DNA of 36,219 nt from Catajapyx aquilonaris. Lineage: Eukaryota. The stretch spans positions 1-36,219 of the forward strand of contig KZ539019.1 of the NCBI GenBank assembly GCA_000934665.2, given 5' to 3'. The notes beneath the pieces were generated by a model. The model worked only from the letters and a program-made list of their open reading frames with translations, was not told the origin of the DNA and did no database searches. Below are positions 10,542 through 22,274 of this stretch, piece by piece. A program made the translations under genes and the position numbers. Each line of letters opens with the position of its first letter. Positions within the stretch are counted from its first letter, which is position 1.

Positions 10542-11243
10542 CTGAAAACTGTGCAGCAGATGCGAATAGTACCCCAGGTATAGCCAGGGAGGTGCGTAGG
10601 GCACTGCCGATGCCAACTGGAGCTGCAGCAACTGTTGCTGCCTGTGGTAGATAGCCCCCAGGTCATCCTTGCCCTCGGGGTCATCATCCTCATCCTCATC
10701 CTCCTTCCGCCTATTGTTGTTATCCTCCTCTATATGACCCCTGTACTCCTCCTCCTGCTCCTGCTCCGGGTGCCTGTAGCTCGGATGCAGATGTGACCTC
10801 CTCTTCTTCAGGTTAAGGTCAAGGGGCTTGGACATATCAGGTGTGGCATCTCCAGACGGATTAGGAGCGCCGGCGCTTGTGACCCCTTTCTTAATATGTG
10901 TCACCATCTCCTCCAACCTCGCCCTTTTGTGCTGCATCATCCCTTCAGCCGCCCGACCATACCTGGCCCTAATCAACGACAACGGAATCAGCGCCCCGGG
11001 TCGGCCCCCATCTCCTTCAGACTCATCCTGGGATTCGGTCGGATGAGGCCGACTTAAATCAATCGGGCCGGATTCAGACACCCCAGGCCGATGTTCCTCC
11101 TCATCATCATCATCCTCATCATCTTCTTCCTCTTCCTCTTCGTCCTCTTCTTCCTCCTCAGCCACCTCCTCTTCCGGAGTCATCACGGCAACACCCGCGA
11201 CGCCCTCCTCAGCCGCCGCCTGCCTCAAGACCATTCCCACCAT
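10542..11243 (-). CDS. Exon 1 of an uncharacterised 403-aa nuclear protein with CtBP-type motifs (aa 1-234)
   Basis: ATG at 11243 follows an in-frame TGA (11262-11264). Contains two acidic tracts, PIDLS (aa 60), PLSLI (aa 87), KRARLEEMV (aa 106) and PLDLNLKKRR (aa 140). Confidence 0.85.
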
Positions 11244-11359
11244 CCATCCATCCGGAGATAATCAACAACTCTGATATCCTGTAACAATATAATAAAGCAT
11301 TGTTGACAATATTAAAATGTGCCGGCTGCTTATTCGCGAACAATCTGCAAACCCATCAG

Positions 11360-11586
11360 CCAATCCAGTCACCCCAACAGCACGTGCGCCTTCCCTCCTT
11401 AGATTAGCCCCGCCCAACCCCTCCCCTTTTTGCGTCTGGATCGTCCCCCCAGCATCCCTGGGAATGGACCAGGACACGCCCCTTTCCCCTAGTTGAGATC
11501 CGCCAATCTCCCAACGACTTCCGCTTCTTGTAATCCCCCAATGGCGATACATGTCATGCCGGCGGACTGGGGCAGTTGTGACGTCA
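11360..11586 (-). promoter_or_regulatory. Probable proximal promoter/enhancer of the minus-strand gene
   Basis: Motif cluster: CCAAT (11360, 11503), E-box CACGTG (11381), GC box CCCCGCCC (11408), ETS ACTTCCG (11517), TAATCC (11531), CRE TGACGTCA (11579). TSS not determinable; a possible 5'UTR acceptor ttacag| sits at 11279/11278. Confidence 0.5.
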
Positions 11587-12940
11587 CAGGTCGTTCATCT
11601 TGACCTCGTTTGTATTATTCAGAAGGTGACCAAAAAAATATGCAGAAAATATAATTGAAAATTTCTATGACCCAGGGTCATTATTGTTGTGGATAATATG
11701 TGGGTGGAAAAATATGTTGTTCCAGGATTCTTAATGGTTTTTCACCTGAAATGTCGGAAAAGGATTATCTGTTGGGATGACCTTGCTGTATGGGAAAAAC
11801 AACTTGGAAGGGTCAGTGCCTGGGCTTAACTTCGTGGGACTCTGACCAACTTGCATTTGGATATATGCTACAAACTGTTTTCGGTTGCGTTCATATAGTG
11901 ACCGATCTATAGCTCAGCGCATCAGGAAATTTATAACTGTTTTTTTGTCACATTACGTAACGTCGTAACGTAAACGGTAAATATGTATACAGGACTTACA
12001 ACGCATTTTTCTCGCTTTTTCCTCCTGGCTAATTTATATAATCGACTATACATTTCCAGGTGTCACTTAAGGCTATAGCTTACACATTTTATAGCCCTAG
12101 GAGTGACTGCCTCTAAATTATTGCGCGGTTATGCTAGATCGCCTATACCTTTTTAGTGTCACGTTACTTAATTAGTGACAGTCTTTAGGCCTACACTAAA
12201 AATTCAATATGCTGAGTTATGCGCTTAATTTTTTTAGTGTACAGGTATACAAAACCTATTTGTGAATATTGTGAGTGACCTACCTAAGTGGCTGCCATGA
12301 CCTCTGAATATGTCCAGGGAGAGAGAGAGAGCACGTGTGAGAGGCCGTTGCGAGCACAACTGAAGGAATGGAAATAAAAGTGGTCTGGGGCCGGAAGGAA
12401 GGAGGCGATGACCCGGAGCTTCTGAGGGTCCAAAAACAAGGGGGGGCCGCCCCTGTATTGCACTTGTTTACCTACCCTTTCTACCCCCTACTTCGTTCAA
12501 ATGGTCACTTGACCCTGCACTGCCAAGAATGTTTTTTTCGAGAGAGGACGGTCCTTAGTCCTTGACCATTCTCATATTCTGAACAACAAGTGGGGGGGCT
12601 TAAAACCCATTTTAGAGTTAGGTCGACCTCCCCCTATGATGGAAGGAGGCATAAATGGTTAGGCCTTTTTCCTAAATTGGGGCGCCTGACCTTCGAGGGA
12701 GAACTGGTGAATTCGTGTCGAGGCGGAGGTCATCAGCATTCTTGTCTTTTGTGTCACGTTCTAGGGTGGATCGAAGCGATTTGTGGGGGGGGGGGGNGCG
12801 ATTTGTGGGGGGGGGGGGCCTCAACAAACGGCCCGTTTATTGCATTCAGGTCAATGAGGTATTGAAAGGGGTTCATTCAGTTCTTGGTAGGAACATATTG
12901 CCCAATCAGATGGCAGGATTCAACAATAAATCGCATGGTA

Positions 12941-13166
12941 CTGCTTGCGACATTTTCTGTTGCGGCAGAAGTGCAAATCGAAATGATCGAGTGTGAGCCG
13001 TGCGAGTAAGAAGAGGTAGCCCTTGAGTGACGTCATCGGCTGGGGGGAAATAGAGAAAAAGGCTTGTTCCCAGCCAGTGACGTCACCCAAGGGCTACCAT
13101 TTCTTACTCGCACGGCTCGAACTCTTCGATTTGCACGTCTGCCGCACCGGGAAATGTCGCTAGCAG
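12941..13166. repeat. Long imperfect palindrome (fold-back/MITE-like), ~100-bp arms and ~24-nt loop
   Basis: 12941-13044 is the reverse complement of 13069-13166 with scattered mismatches and one small indel. Each arm contains TGACGTCA. No clear TSD. Confidence 0.85.
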
Positions 13167-13276
13167 AATGACTGAATTAATGTCCAACACTGTACTATAT
13201 TGCTCAAAAACATGACGAATTTGACTCCAGTACAGCCTGTACTTGAATGTGCAAATTCGCCTCTTATGTTTTTGAG

Positions 13277-13278
<2 letters not shown>

Positions 13279-13365
<87 letters not shown>
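13279..13365. repeat. (AT)n microsatellite, ~43 units
   Basis: Uninterrupted AT dinucleotide run of 87 nt. Confidence 0.99.
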
Positions 13366-13369
<4 letters not shown>

Positions 13370-13910
13370 AGTACGGCGAAATTACTGTCCGTACAAAGAA
13401 TGTATATCATTTATACACAGAATATTGACTGTACTTTTGCATGTAGTGGTCATGTCGGGTCAGAGTAATACACGATAGAATTTTCCAAGAAGGGTGACTC
13501 TTGGCTTCATCAGAAGAGCCGGAATCAGGAATGTGGCACGCGTGAAATTGTACTCTAGGAATTAGTTTTACACTCCTGAAAGTTATGTAGGCGCCACATT
13601 GGACCGGTTTTGTGAGGTTCTTGCATTTGCATATATTGCGGATTTTAGTGAATGAATTTTGCCAAAGTTGCAAAGTATTGGTTTTTGACTGCTGCTGATT
13701 AGAGTATATCACAGCAGGGTAATTGTTCAAAAAAGTAAATCTAGGCTGCATGGCAATTTTTACTGATAGCGTTTTATACACACCTCTAAAATCTGCTATA
13801 ACTTAGTATAACTTATAGCTGATTATTGCACGACATAAAATATGGATAGATAAAGTAAGCCGATTTTCTGCCTGTATCGCAAAGAAAATTGGCAGATTTA
13901 TTTGAAAATA

Positions 13911-14363
13911 CAGTTGAATCCGGATATAACACCTTCTGGTATAACAAATTCGAAAGGCCGGTCCCGCCATACTTCCAGCATAGGTCCTGTGTATTTTTTT
14001 AAACTCCTGATAAAACAGACTCATTTTCACCTCATCTCGAGTATAACAGACCATTTCTGGGCCCATCTGGTATACCAGAGAAATTTTATTACTGTATATA
14101 TTTTATATATAAAATTTGCAAAATAGAAGACGACAGAAGAAAATTTCGTATTCTTTTGGTCCTGCATAATTTTCGGATGAGCTAATTTTGCATTTTTGAT
14201 GGATTACTTTAATCAGCATGTAGTCGTGTGCATTATAGGCATATTGACTGCAGAAAACTGGTGTATTCGTTGCAATAAGTGTTTGGCCAAGGTGTTTGGC
14301 TGTAACAAATCTCGGTTATAACATACTTTTTCCCTTAAAGTCTGTTAAATCCGTATTTAACTG
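13911..14363. mobile_element. pogo/Tigger-like MITE, copy 1 (with extra internal sequence)
   Basis: TIR CAGTTGAATCCGGATATAACA vs reverse-complemented right end CAGTTAAATACGGATTTAACA. TA on both flanks. Homologous to 22086-22274. Confidence 0.8.
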
Positions 14364-17300
14364 TAATAATTATTGGAAGCCAGGCCAGATCACTATATCA
14401 CAGTTTTGCACTATAAATTATTTTAAATGGTTTATACATTTTCCTTAAAACTGGTCTTTGCCATGGTGAATAAATTTCACACATTAGTTCATTTCCAGTA
14501 TATTCCTGTTGGGTTTAGGTCAATATCCTCTGCCTAATGTTTCTTCCGAGAATAGCTTCACATACGTATACAGTACATACATAAATACGAAAGTGTGGCT
14601 TACACTTGTAGTTTTAAAAAAAATCCTAATTTTTTATACTGTCTGAGAATGTGCGTGCCCTGCTCCATATGCAACATTGCTCCAGTATCTTTGACCTCCG
14701 CCTCTTCTAAGGTGTGGCCTACTATAATCAACTGATACGCGGCCTGGTTTGCCTTAATCACATGTTACCCTCATTGAAAATAATGTACAATGCTAATACC
14801 CTTATTCCTCGTGTGTGGCCGAGAGGTCACCCTTACAAACCCATCAGGTAATTTAACTGTGCAATGGCATCAACAATGGCATAAAAATAATCGGTAAAAA
14901 AATGCCATCTGTGCGAGGTCATCCGCTAAGCAGCTGCAGTTTTCTTCACGCTAGGCCAACAGGTCAGCACACGAGTGGGCAGCATGTGGATGGGAAGCGT
15001 GGGGCGGGTAGGAGGCTTACAAAACATGCGACGGAGCGATGACCCAGCCATGAGGTCATTGACCTTAACTATCCGTGTGTGTGCAGCAGGAAGGCAAGCA
15101 GGGCACAAAAATAGCCTTTTGCAAAAAGATGACTGGAATGCTGCTGGTGGGTCAACCTTGCCCGCCCTTTCGCCCCGGGGCCGTATACACGTCACAGTTG
15201 CAGTACCGTGGGAACACGTCCGGATTCGCTTTCCTGCCGCCTGTCAACCCTCGTGTCTTATCCATAAAGATTCCCGTCGGGTTCCCTCGACCATTTTTTG
15301 AGATTCGACCAAACGGGATTCGACCCAAAACAATCGGTGCAACATATAACGGAAAGGCGGTAGATATTCGGTTTTTGCCGTTAGTGGCAACCAGTGTGAC
15401 TGGTAATGACGATAGATTTTCGCCAGGCCACCGGGTGCCATAAAAGTAGTACGTGATATGTTGAGACAGGTTCTAAGCTGTCGTTTACCGCAATGTGAAT
15501 ATTTCGACCTGAAATTATTTGGTATGCATCGGTTATTTCGAATATATTAATTAATTACATTAATTAACACCACCAGAATGTGATATATGGGTGGTGTAAG
15601 CAATGGGCGTAACACTGGTGTAAATAGCAAGCCAGCGGGTACAATATAACAAATGTGTTTCATGATTCGCTAATAAACGTCACATGACATATGGGGATAT
15701 TATGTGTTGTCCTAGGCGCCGCTTAGCGGTTCTTTTCGCAATTTTTGAGGAAAAGTGGTGGGTCTGTCAGGTAGGGTGGGCTATATACCTTATACGATGG
15801 GTGGGATAGGAGGGGGGGGGGGAGGTAAAAGGGAGGGGTCACTAACCCTCATCAGCCGCTTCAACAAGTTATAGCCGACTGGTCACATCCCGGAACTTGT
15901 GTTTCTTTTTGCTCATTTTCTTATTCCTGAATGGGGTCCAAGTTCTTGCGTGACCGTCTGAATCACTCGGGAAAAACCTAGGCATGCGTTTGTGGGGGTA
16001 ATTATGCAATTTGGAACCCAGTACTAGTGGAAACCGATTGTAAGTTTCGTGTCAAAATATATAGGTCAGACTATCAAAAGATAGCGCCACATAAAGGAAA
16101 TCAGGAAAACATTTATTTATTGTACCAAGGACACCTGCATAGTTGTTAAATTTTAAGTCATTACGAGAGCAGTTCGGCCTCCCCACCACCAGAGGCGCTG
16201 CCCCCATTGCGCATGTGCAGAACCAATCTGCTCAGTAAAAATATTTAAAATATTTACCCATCCGGTTTAAGTTAAACAATAATAAATCTTGATAGGAATT
16301 CTTAGTGGTCAACCTGTGAGCGAAACAAAAACCAGAGTGGGACAGAAGGTCACGTGTGGAGTTTCTTAATGTGGGCATGTTAGATGAGCATTCTTGGAAT
16401 CCACTTCCCTCCCCCACCACCTCCTGCCCCCATGGCTTCGAGACCACGAGGACCTAAAAAAAGGGCCAGCCTCTCTCTCTCTCTCTCTAGCCCCAGCTTC
16501 CAAAGCTCATCTTAAGGTCGGAGCATCCGAAATAAAATCAAGAGACTTGAGCGCCCGAAGGGGCCACGAGTTGATGCTGCTGCAGGATGAGGAAAACGAG
16601 TTTTGGCGCGGAATGTGAGGGGTTTAAATGAGGAGGGTTTGGAATGGGATGGGACCTAACGTTGCGATAATCCATTATTTTAATTTCATTTTATATATTC
16701 AGCAAATATGAAATATTATGGAAGAATAAATATCACCTGATCTATTTTATAGGTATTCAAATTCTTCAGGCCCAACCCATATAGTTTTATGAGCAGTTTC
16801 CCATGCACATCCTGCAACACAGTGTCTCAGCAGTAAATCGTACACTATAATTATTTGTCCCGAACTATACTTTTCGTTGGTGGCTTTTACTGCTGGGAAA
16901 CTGGCTGACCTCATGTCGCTGGACATCTGTGCAATCGTAAATGCAAGGGGTCGTTCACATTAGTTTTATTTTGGGAGGAAAAGTGGGATGGGGGTAACGC
17001 ACTTTTTTGTGCTCCAACAGGCTGATTTGAAATTTAAAAGGCAAGGTCTACAGCCTTAGTATATATAGGGAGGGTTGTATCGACTCAGATTAAGGAGTCA
17101 ATGACATAATCAGAGATCAGTTTGGGAATACCTACGCATAATTTGTTTAGAAAGCAAAAAATAATAATTCCACTTTTTAAAGTGAATTTACACGTACAGA
17201 ATAGGGGGAAGAAACTACACACAATGACAGTTGAAGGTCTAATTGCTGGGTACACGGTAATTAAATGAAGTGACTTATCACCTGCGCAATGAAAATGTAA

Positions 17301-17402
17301 TAATACCTTCAGGTTGAAAATTTTCAAACCACGTCATTTTAATTACAGGCGAAAAATAATTGAAGAAATTTCCACATATTGCACTTTAAATTCCGCCTTT
17401 TC

Positions 17403-17537
17403 TATATCCTCCTGATACCCCTGGTACAGTATACTGTATACCTTTGTTTTTTCCAGAACCTTCTGACTAACTCAAGCGCGTAAAAAAAACAAAAACAAAG
17501 GTACAGTATACTGTACTCCGGGTCTCAGGAGGATATA
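17403..17537. mobile_element. Short fold-back element/MITE with ~47-bp arms
   Basis: TATATCCTCCTGATACCCCTGGTACAGTATACTGTATACCTTTGTTTTT vs reverse-complemented right arm TATATCCTCCTGAGACCCGGAGTACAGTATACTGTACCTTTGTTTTT. Possible ATAT TSD around CCTCC...GGAGG (17408-17532). Confidence 0.75.
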
Positions 17538-17596
17538 CAAATATTTGTTGCTAATTTTCCGCACATTATTTTGCACATTTTACATGAATATTTATA

Positions 17597-17811
17597 CGGG
17601 GTGTTCCAAGTATCCGGGTCACTTTTGGATACTGATAGCAGTTATATTTTTGTAGCTTGTTGTGCCCCTATTAAACCATGGGGGTCGAATGTAGTAGGTG
17701 CTATAGAATGGGACACATAGCTAGGGGCACAACAGCCGTTGTCTACAAAAAATAACTGCTATCGGGCGCTAGCAGTTATCCAAAACTGACCCGTATACTT
17801 GGAACACCCTG
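17597..17811. mobile_element. mariner-type MITE, 215 bp
   Basis: TIR C(G/A)GGGTGTTCCAAGTAT(C/A)CGGGTCA(C/G)TTTTGGATA at both ends, TA flanks (17595-96, 17812-13). Inverted symmetry continues internally. Confidence 0.88.
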
Positions 17812-18367
17812 TATATACCGGTAATGTGGACTGGTGTGATTTTTTGAAAAATTGCTATTTTGATTCAAATATTAGCCATTTTTGTATACTTATATTTTGC
17901 ATGGTAAGTATATACAAAAAGGACTCATATTTGAGTGAAAATAGCGATTTTTTAAAAATCGTAATTTTTTTAAACGCTATTTTTACTCAAATATATAACG
18001 CCTATAAATTTTATAGTCGTTTAAGTCTTCCCACTTAAATTTGAAATTAACCACTTATTCATAAAATTTCACTATTTCCAGTGGAAAATTTGGGTTTTAA
18101 GTGAAAATGCCCCTCTTCCCTTACGTGCTTTAAAAAATTTCAAAATTTATTCCTCCTACCCTACTGAAAATATATGACAGCTCTATTAAAAATAGATAGT
18201 ACCCATCCTGCATCCTAATGTAGTTATGTAACTTGCGTATCCAGTTCCGGTACATCTAAATTTGGTCTCTTGCACTTTTCCTCATACGCATCACTCAAGG
18301 TTACATTTAAATATAGGTAAAATATTGTTTACCCTATCAATATTTTTTTTTTTGGGGGGGGGGGGGG

Positions 18368-18499
18368 NNNNNNNNNNNNNNNNNNNNNNNNNNNNNNNNN
18401 NNNNNNNNNNNNNNNNNNNNNNNNNNNNNNNNNNNNNNNNNNNNNNNNNNNNNNNNNNNNNNNNNNNNNNNNNNNNNNNNNNNNNNNNNNNNNNNNNNN
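18368..18499. other. Assembly gap (N run) between a G run and a C run
   Basis: 132 N. Confidence 0.99.
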
Positions 18500-20274
18500 C
18501 CCCCCCCCCCTCCCTTCTCCCATATATTTTTTTTTTCTTTTTTCTTTTTCTACTTCTTTCCATTCCCATCCGCCCTGATGCTCACTACTCTTCCTGTCGG
18601 ACTCGTTTGGCAGTAGAGTCATTGGCCCATAGGATTTTATTACCACCCCCGCCACTGGCTCCACTGTTCTACCTGGCTGTCTTTAGAGGCCAGCAATTAT
18701 GCAATGTTTGCCAATTTGGAGCTGATAATTTTCTGCATCCGTGAGAAGTTGCGTGTGCTGTGTGCAAGGCGAAAATTAAGGAGGATTGGGCCCGAAAAAA
18801 AAGGTGGGGTTATATGGATGATATGGCAACATGGCAGGGTTGCCATTTTTTGAGAAAAATTGGTATAAATTGCGAATTTAATTTTGGCAGTGAGTGATTC
18901 ATATTGCTATGGCGAAAATTGGAAACTTAAGACTAAAAGTAGGCCTATTTAATATTATTACATATATATGTAATACAGGAGGTGGCAATGCATAATTAAG
19001 GAATAATTGTGCTCATACTGCAATAGTACTTAATTTAAATTATTTAAAATGAATTTTAAATCCTATGACATACTGTATCGTGGTCAACATGTGCCAAACC
19101 TCGCCAATATACCCCGTTGGTCCACCCTCCCCCCCTCCTCTACCCTCTTTCAACCTAGCAAGTCTAAGTGCAGGGTCAGACCAGTTGAGAGTCTACGTCA
19201 CAAAGCTGTATACGTGGCTTAGGGGCCGTTGAGCTCGAAACAAATCCTCCAATGGCATCAAGGCGATGCCACTTGCTAAGTAACTCTTGCAAAGAAAAGG
19301 AGCATTGGGGGAAGATGGGAGAGGAAGGGGTGGGGGGGTAGACGGTTTTTTTTTAAAAAAAAAATCTGGTTGCGGTCACTTTGCGGGCGGGTCATCTGGC
19401 GGACAATGACCTCATGACGTCACGCCCCATGAGTTTTTTTTTTAAATTTTAAAAGGCGGAACCGGAAGCAACCTAGAAAATTGAGCTTCAAAAGTGGTTT
19501 TACGTACCAGTATGTTGTGTAATGCGGAAATGACATATGCAAATTGATTGAACCAGTTTGCTCATATGTAATATTTGGCGGCTAATGTAACAAAAGGGCT
19601 GCAATATTTTTATCTAGCTAAATTGCACCTCCCACCCTCCTGGAGAGAACCCCCTACAGGTGTGCCCAGCAGTCCACGTGAAAGCCATAAAACGACTTAG
19701 GGTATACAAAAAAAAAGAAAGCTGTAGGAAAAATTAGGAGTCCAGGTCACAGTTCAAGTCTCAAAAAAGAGACGAGAAAAATGTTAATGAGTTCTAGGTA
19801 AAAAAAAATTTGTTCGCAAAATTTCTAGGGTTAGAAATATGGGCGGTTTAGAACAGGAACGAATGGATACAACCACCTGTTTTGAATGTGACTTATCAAT
19901 TTGTTCCTCTCTAATCGTCAATTAAGCCGTCTTTTGAGTGGCTGGCACACATTACATGCAATTTAATGGTGGCTTAGGTATTTGAAAAATTTGGGTTGTG
20001 TCCGGTTCGTAATGTTACTGCAATATGTAGCTACACTTTAAAATGGCATTTTAATAAGTAAAAATTAATAAAAAAATATTCTGGTTAAAATTTTCACTAA
20101 AAATGAGCAATTTCACAAAATCGTTGATGGAATTTCCCTCGGCAAAGATTTACTTGAACTCAAATCGAGTGGCATATTACTCGAAAAAATGGTGAAAATA
20201 AGAGACTACTCTTTCAGCGAGTGAAATTAGCTACTCATTATGAGCGAAAAATACTCAAGAGATCGAATGATTTT

Positions 20275-20530
20275 CACTCAAAACAAGTGGGATTCAAATC
20301 GAGTGAAAATGACTCAAAACGCTGGGATTTAAATCAAGTGAAATGACTCAAAACAATGGGATTCAAATCAAGTGAAAATTACTCAAAACGAGTGGGATTC
20401 AAATCAAGTGAAAATCACTCAAAACGACTATAGGATTCAAATCAAGTGAAAATCACTCAAAACGACTAGGATTCAAATCAAGTGAAAATCACTCAAAACG
20501 ACTAGGATTCAAATCAAGTGAAAATCACTC
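20275..20530. repeat. Minisatellite, ~36-bp unit, ~7 copies
   Basis: Unit GGATTCAAATCAAGTGAAAATCACTCAAAACGACTA starting near 20290, 20325, 20359, 20395, 20433, 20469 and 20505. More degenerate copies upstream to ~20150. Confidence 0.95.
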
Positions 20531-22085
20531 ATAACTAGTTAAAAATAGTCGATTTTTAAATTTTTTATGATGATATAAGTTTTGAATTGTTATGTACACA
20601 CCTATAGGTAAAATAATGCACCGTGTATGCCCCATTAATTTTATGCATAAAATTGTACTCACACCAACTGCTAATGACTACCATCGGTTAGTTATCAGTT
20701 GTTGGGAACTTTTAAGTTCTTATTATGGAAGAAAAAGAAAGGTGTGGAGTAAAAGAAGCAGCAACATCAATCCTGTCGTCCTTGGCCGGGTCCTTACGTA
20801 ATGTGAGGCTAAATTTAGGGCATCAGGTTGGATGGACATGCGCTTGTGGACCGCCACCCTCCAACACCCCCCATCACATACACACCATTTACATCATATG
20901 CTATTTTTGGCATCATCTTCGCCTTTCTCTTTCTTATTAATTTCACACGTCAACTGATCACATTTTTTTAAATACCTATTTTTTTCACCCTAAACAGGTG
21001 GTCACACATGCTATTTCAAGTTAGGTAAGGTGTTATGTAATCTTATTAGGTCTATAAAAATTATATTGCGCATTGTCACGCCACACTCACATGTAAATAA
21101 ATAGTTTTAAAAAATTTGGTTATATAACTATAACTGACCTAGCTCACTCGCATTTTCTGGCCATGCAGCTTCTTTCCACCGTCTCCACACACTCACACAC
21201 ACTCACATAATTGACTTAAAAGTCAGAGTGGGATCTTGGCCGTCCCGCGTCTTTTCCCTCCCAAAAGTGTAGCCCACTCCGCGCGCACCGGACCCTGCGC
21301 ATGCGCCTTTACAACATATCCACAACGATATAGAGCAAAGTAGACACTCCGAGGCAAAAAAAAAGTGACACACACTCGATTGTTATGCCTTTCTTTTAGA
21401 TGACTTGAGATGAATTTATGGGGGGGAAATTCGCGGTGGGGATTCGGCCAGTAAATAATTCAAACTCATGTCTTAAAGATGATTGGTTGGAAGGGCTTAT
21501 TGTTCATATTTTTAGAGAGAGAAATATGCGAAGGGGGATTTAGCGGGACTGATGTTAATTGCAGGGGTACTGTTGGTTCGTGGGGGGTGCTAATTGGTCG
21601 GGGGGTACTATTTTTGGGGGGAGGCGTGACTGTTGTCGCAATTTGTGGTGTCCATTTAAAACTGGTAATATTTCCGACGGTTCTTGCTTAATAACTAGAA
21701 ATATTACTAACTGTATTTTTAAAAAATTATATTCAATTCGAGACCCGCCCAATAATCAGGTAGATAGAATGGAAAAAAATGGAAAAATTTGACTTTTTTT
21801 GTTTTTTGTTTTTTTGCAAACTGCAATAGCTGTAGAGAATGGACTATAATGAAGCCGACCTTTCAGTTTAGAATTTAAGTTGTAATAAATTATTAGGTCA
21901 CTACAATGAACCTATTAATAATGTATTAATATTAATATTGAAATATAATTAAACAATGAAAATCAAATGAAAAATATTGGTGTCATTTTAGGTTATTAAA
22001 AATTAACCTGCTGCACTTCATTCATTGCAGTTAAATGGCACGTCCTTGTTAGTGGTATTAACTGTTATTAAATTTATCAAATATA

Positions 22086-22274
22086 TAGCTTAATCAGGAT
22101 ATAGCAGCCTCGGCTATAACAGACTCGAAAGGTCGGTCCGTACACTTCCATATATGGCCTGCGTATTCAGCTATAACAGACCTTGGTTACATACGTAATA
22201 AAGTAAAATAAATAAATAATATAACATACTGATTTTCACGGTCCCTTGAAGTCTGTTATATCCGGATTCAACTG
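22086..22274. mobile_element. pogo/Tigger-like MITE, copy 2 (189 bp)
   Basis: Right end TGTTATATCCGGATTCAACTG is the exact reverse complement of the left TIR at 13911. Internal CGAAAGGYCGGTCC and CCCTTRAAGTCTGTTA are shared with copy 1. Confidence 0.8.

Noticed and set aside
9807..11046. Several overlapping + strand ORFs of 70-135 aa
   Set aside because: Antisense shadows of the GC-rich minus-strand gene, with no motifs or splice support.
12776..12818. Tandem duplicate GCGATTTGT-G(n) around a single N (similar C-run with N near 25049)
   Set aside because: Most likely a scaffolding artefact from unresolved homopolymer length.
13200..13478. ORF with a long IY repeat
   Set aside because: Translation of the (AT)n microsatellite.
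18262..18744. Long ORFs on both strands
   Set aside because: They are open only because they span an N gap.
20275..20530. 36-bp palindromic repeats resembling a CRISPR array
   Set aside because: Repeats are head-to-tail without unique spacers, there are no cas genes, and the context is intron-containing eukaryotic DNA.
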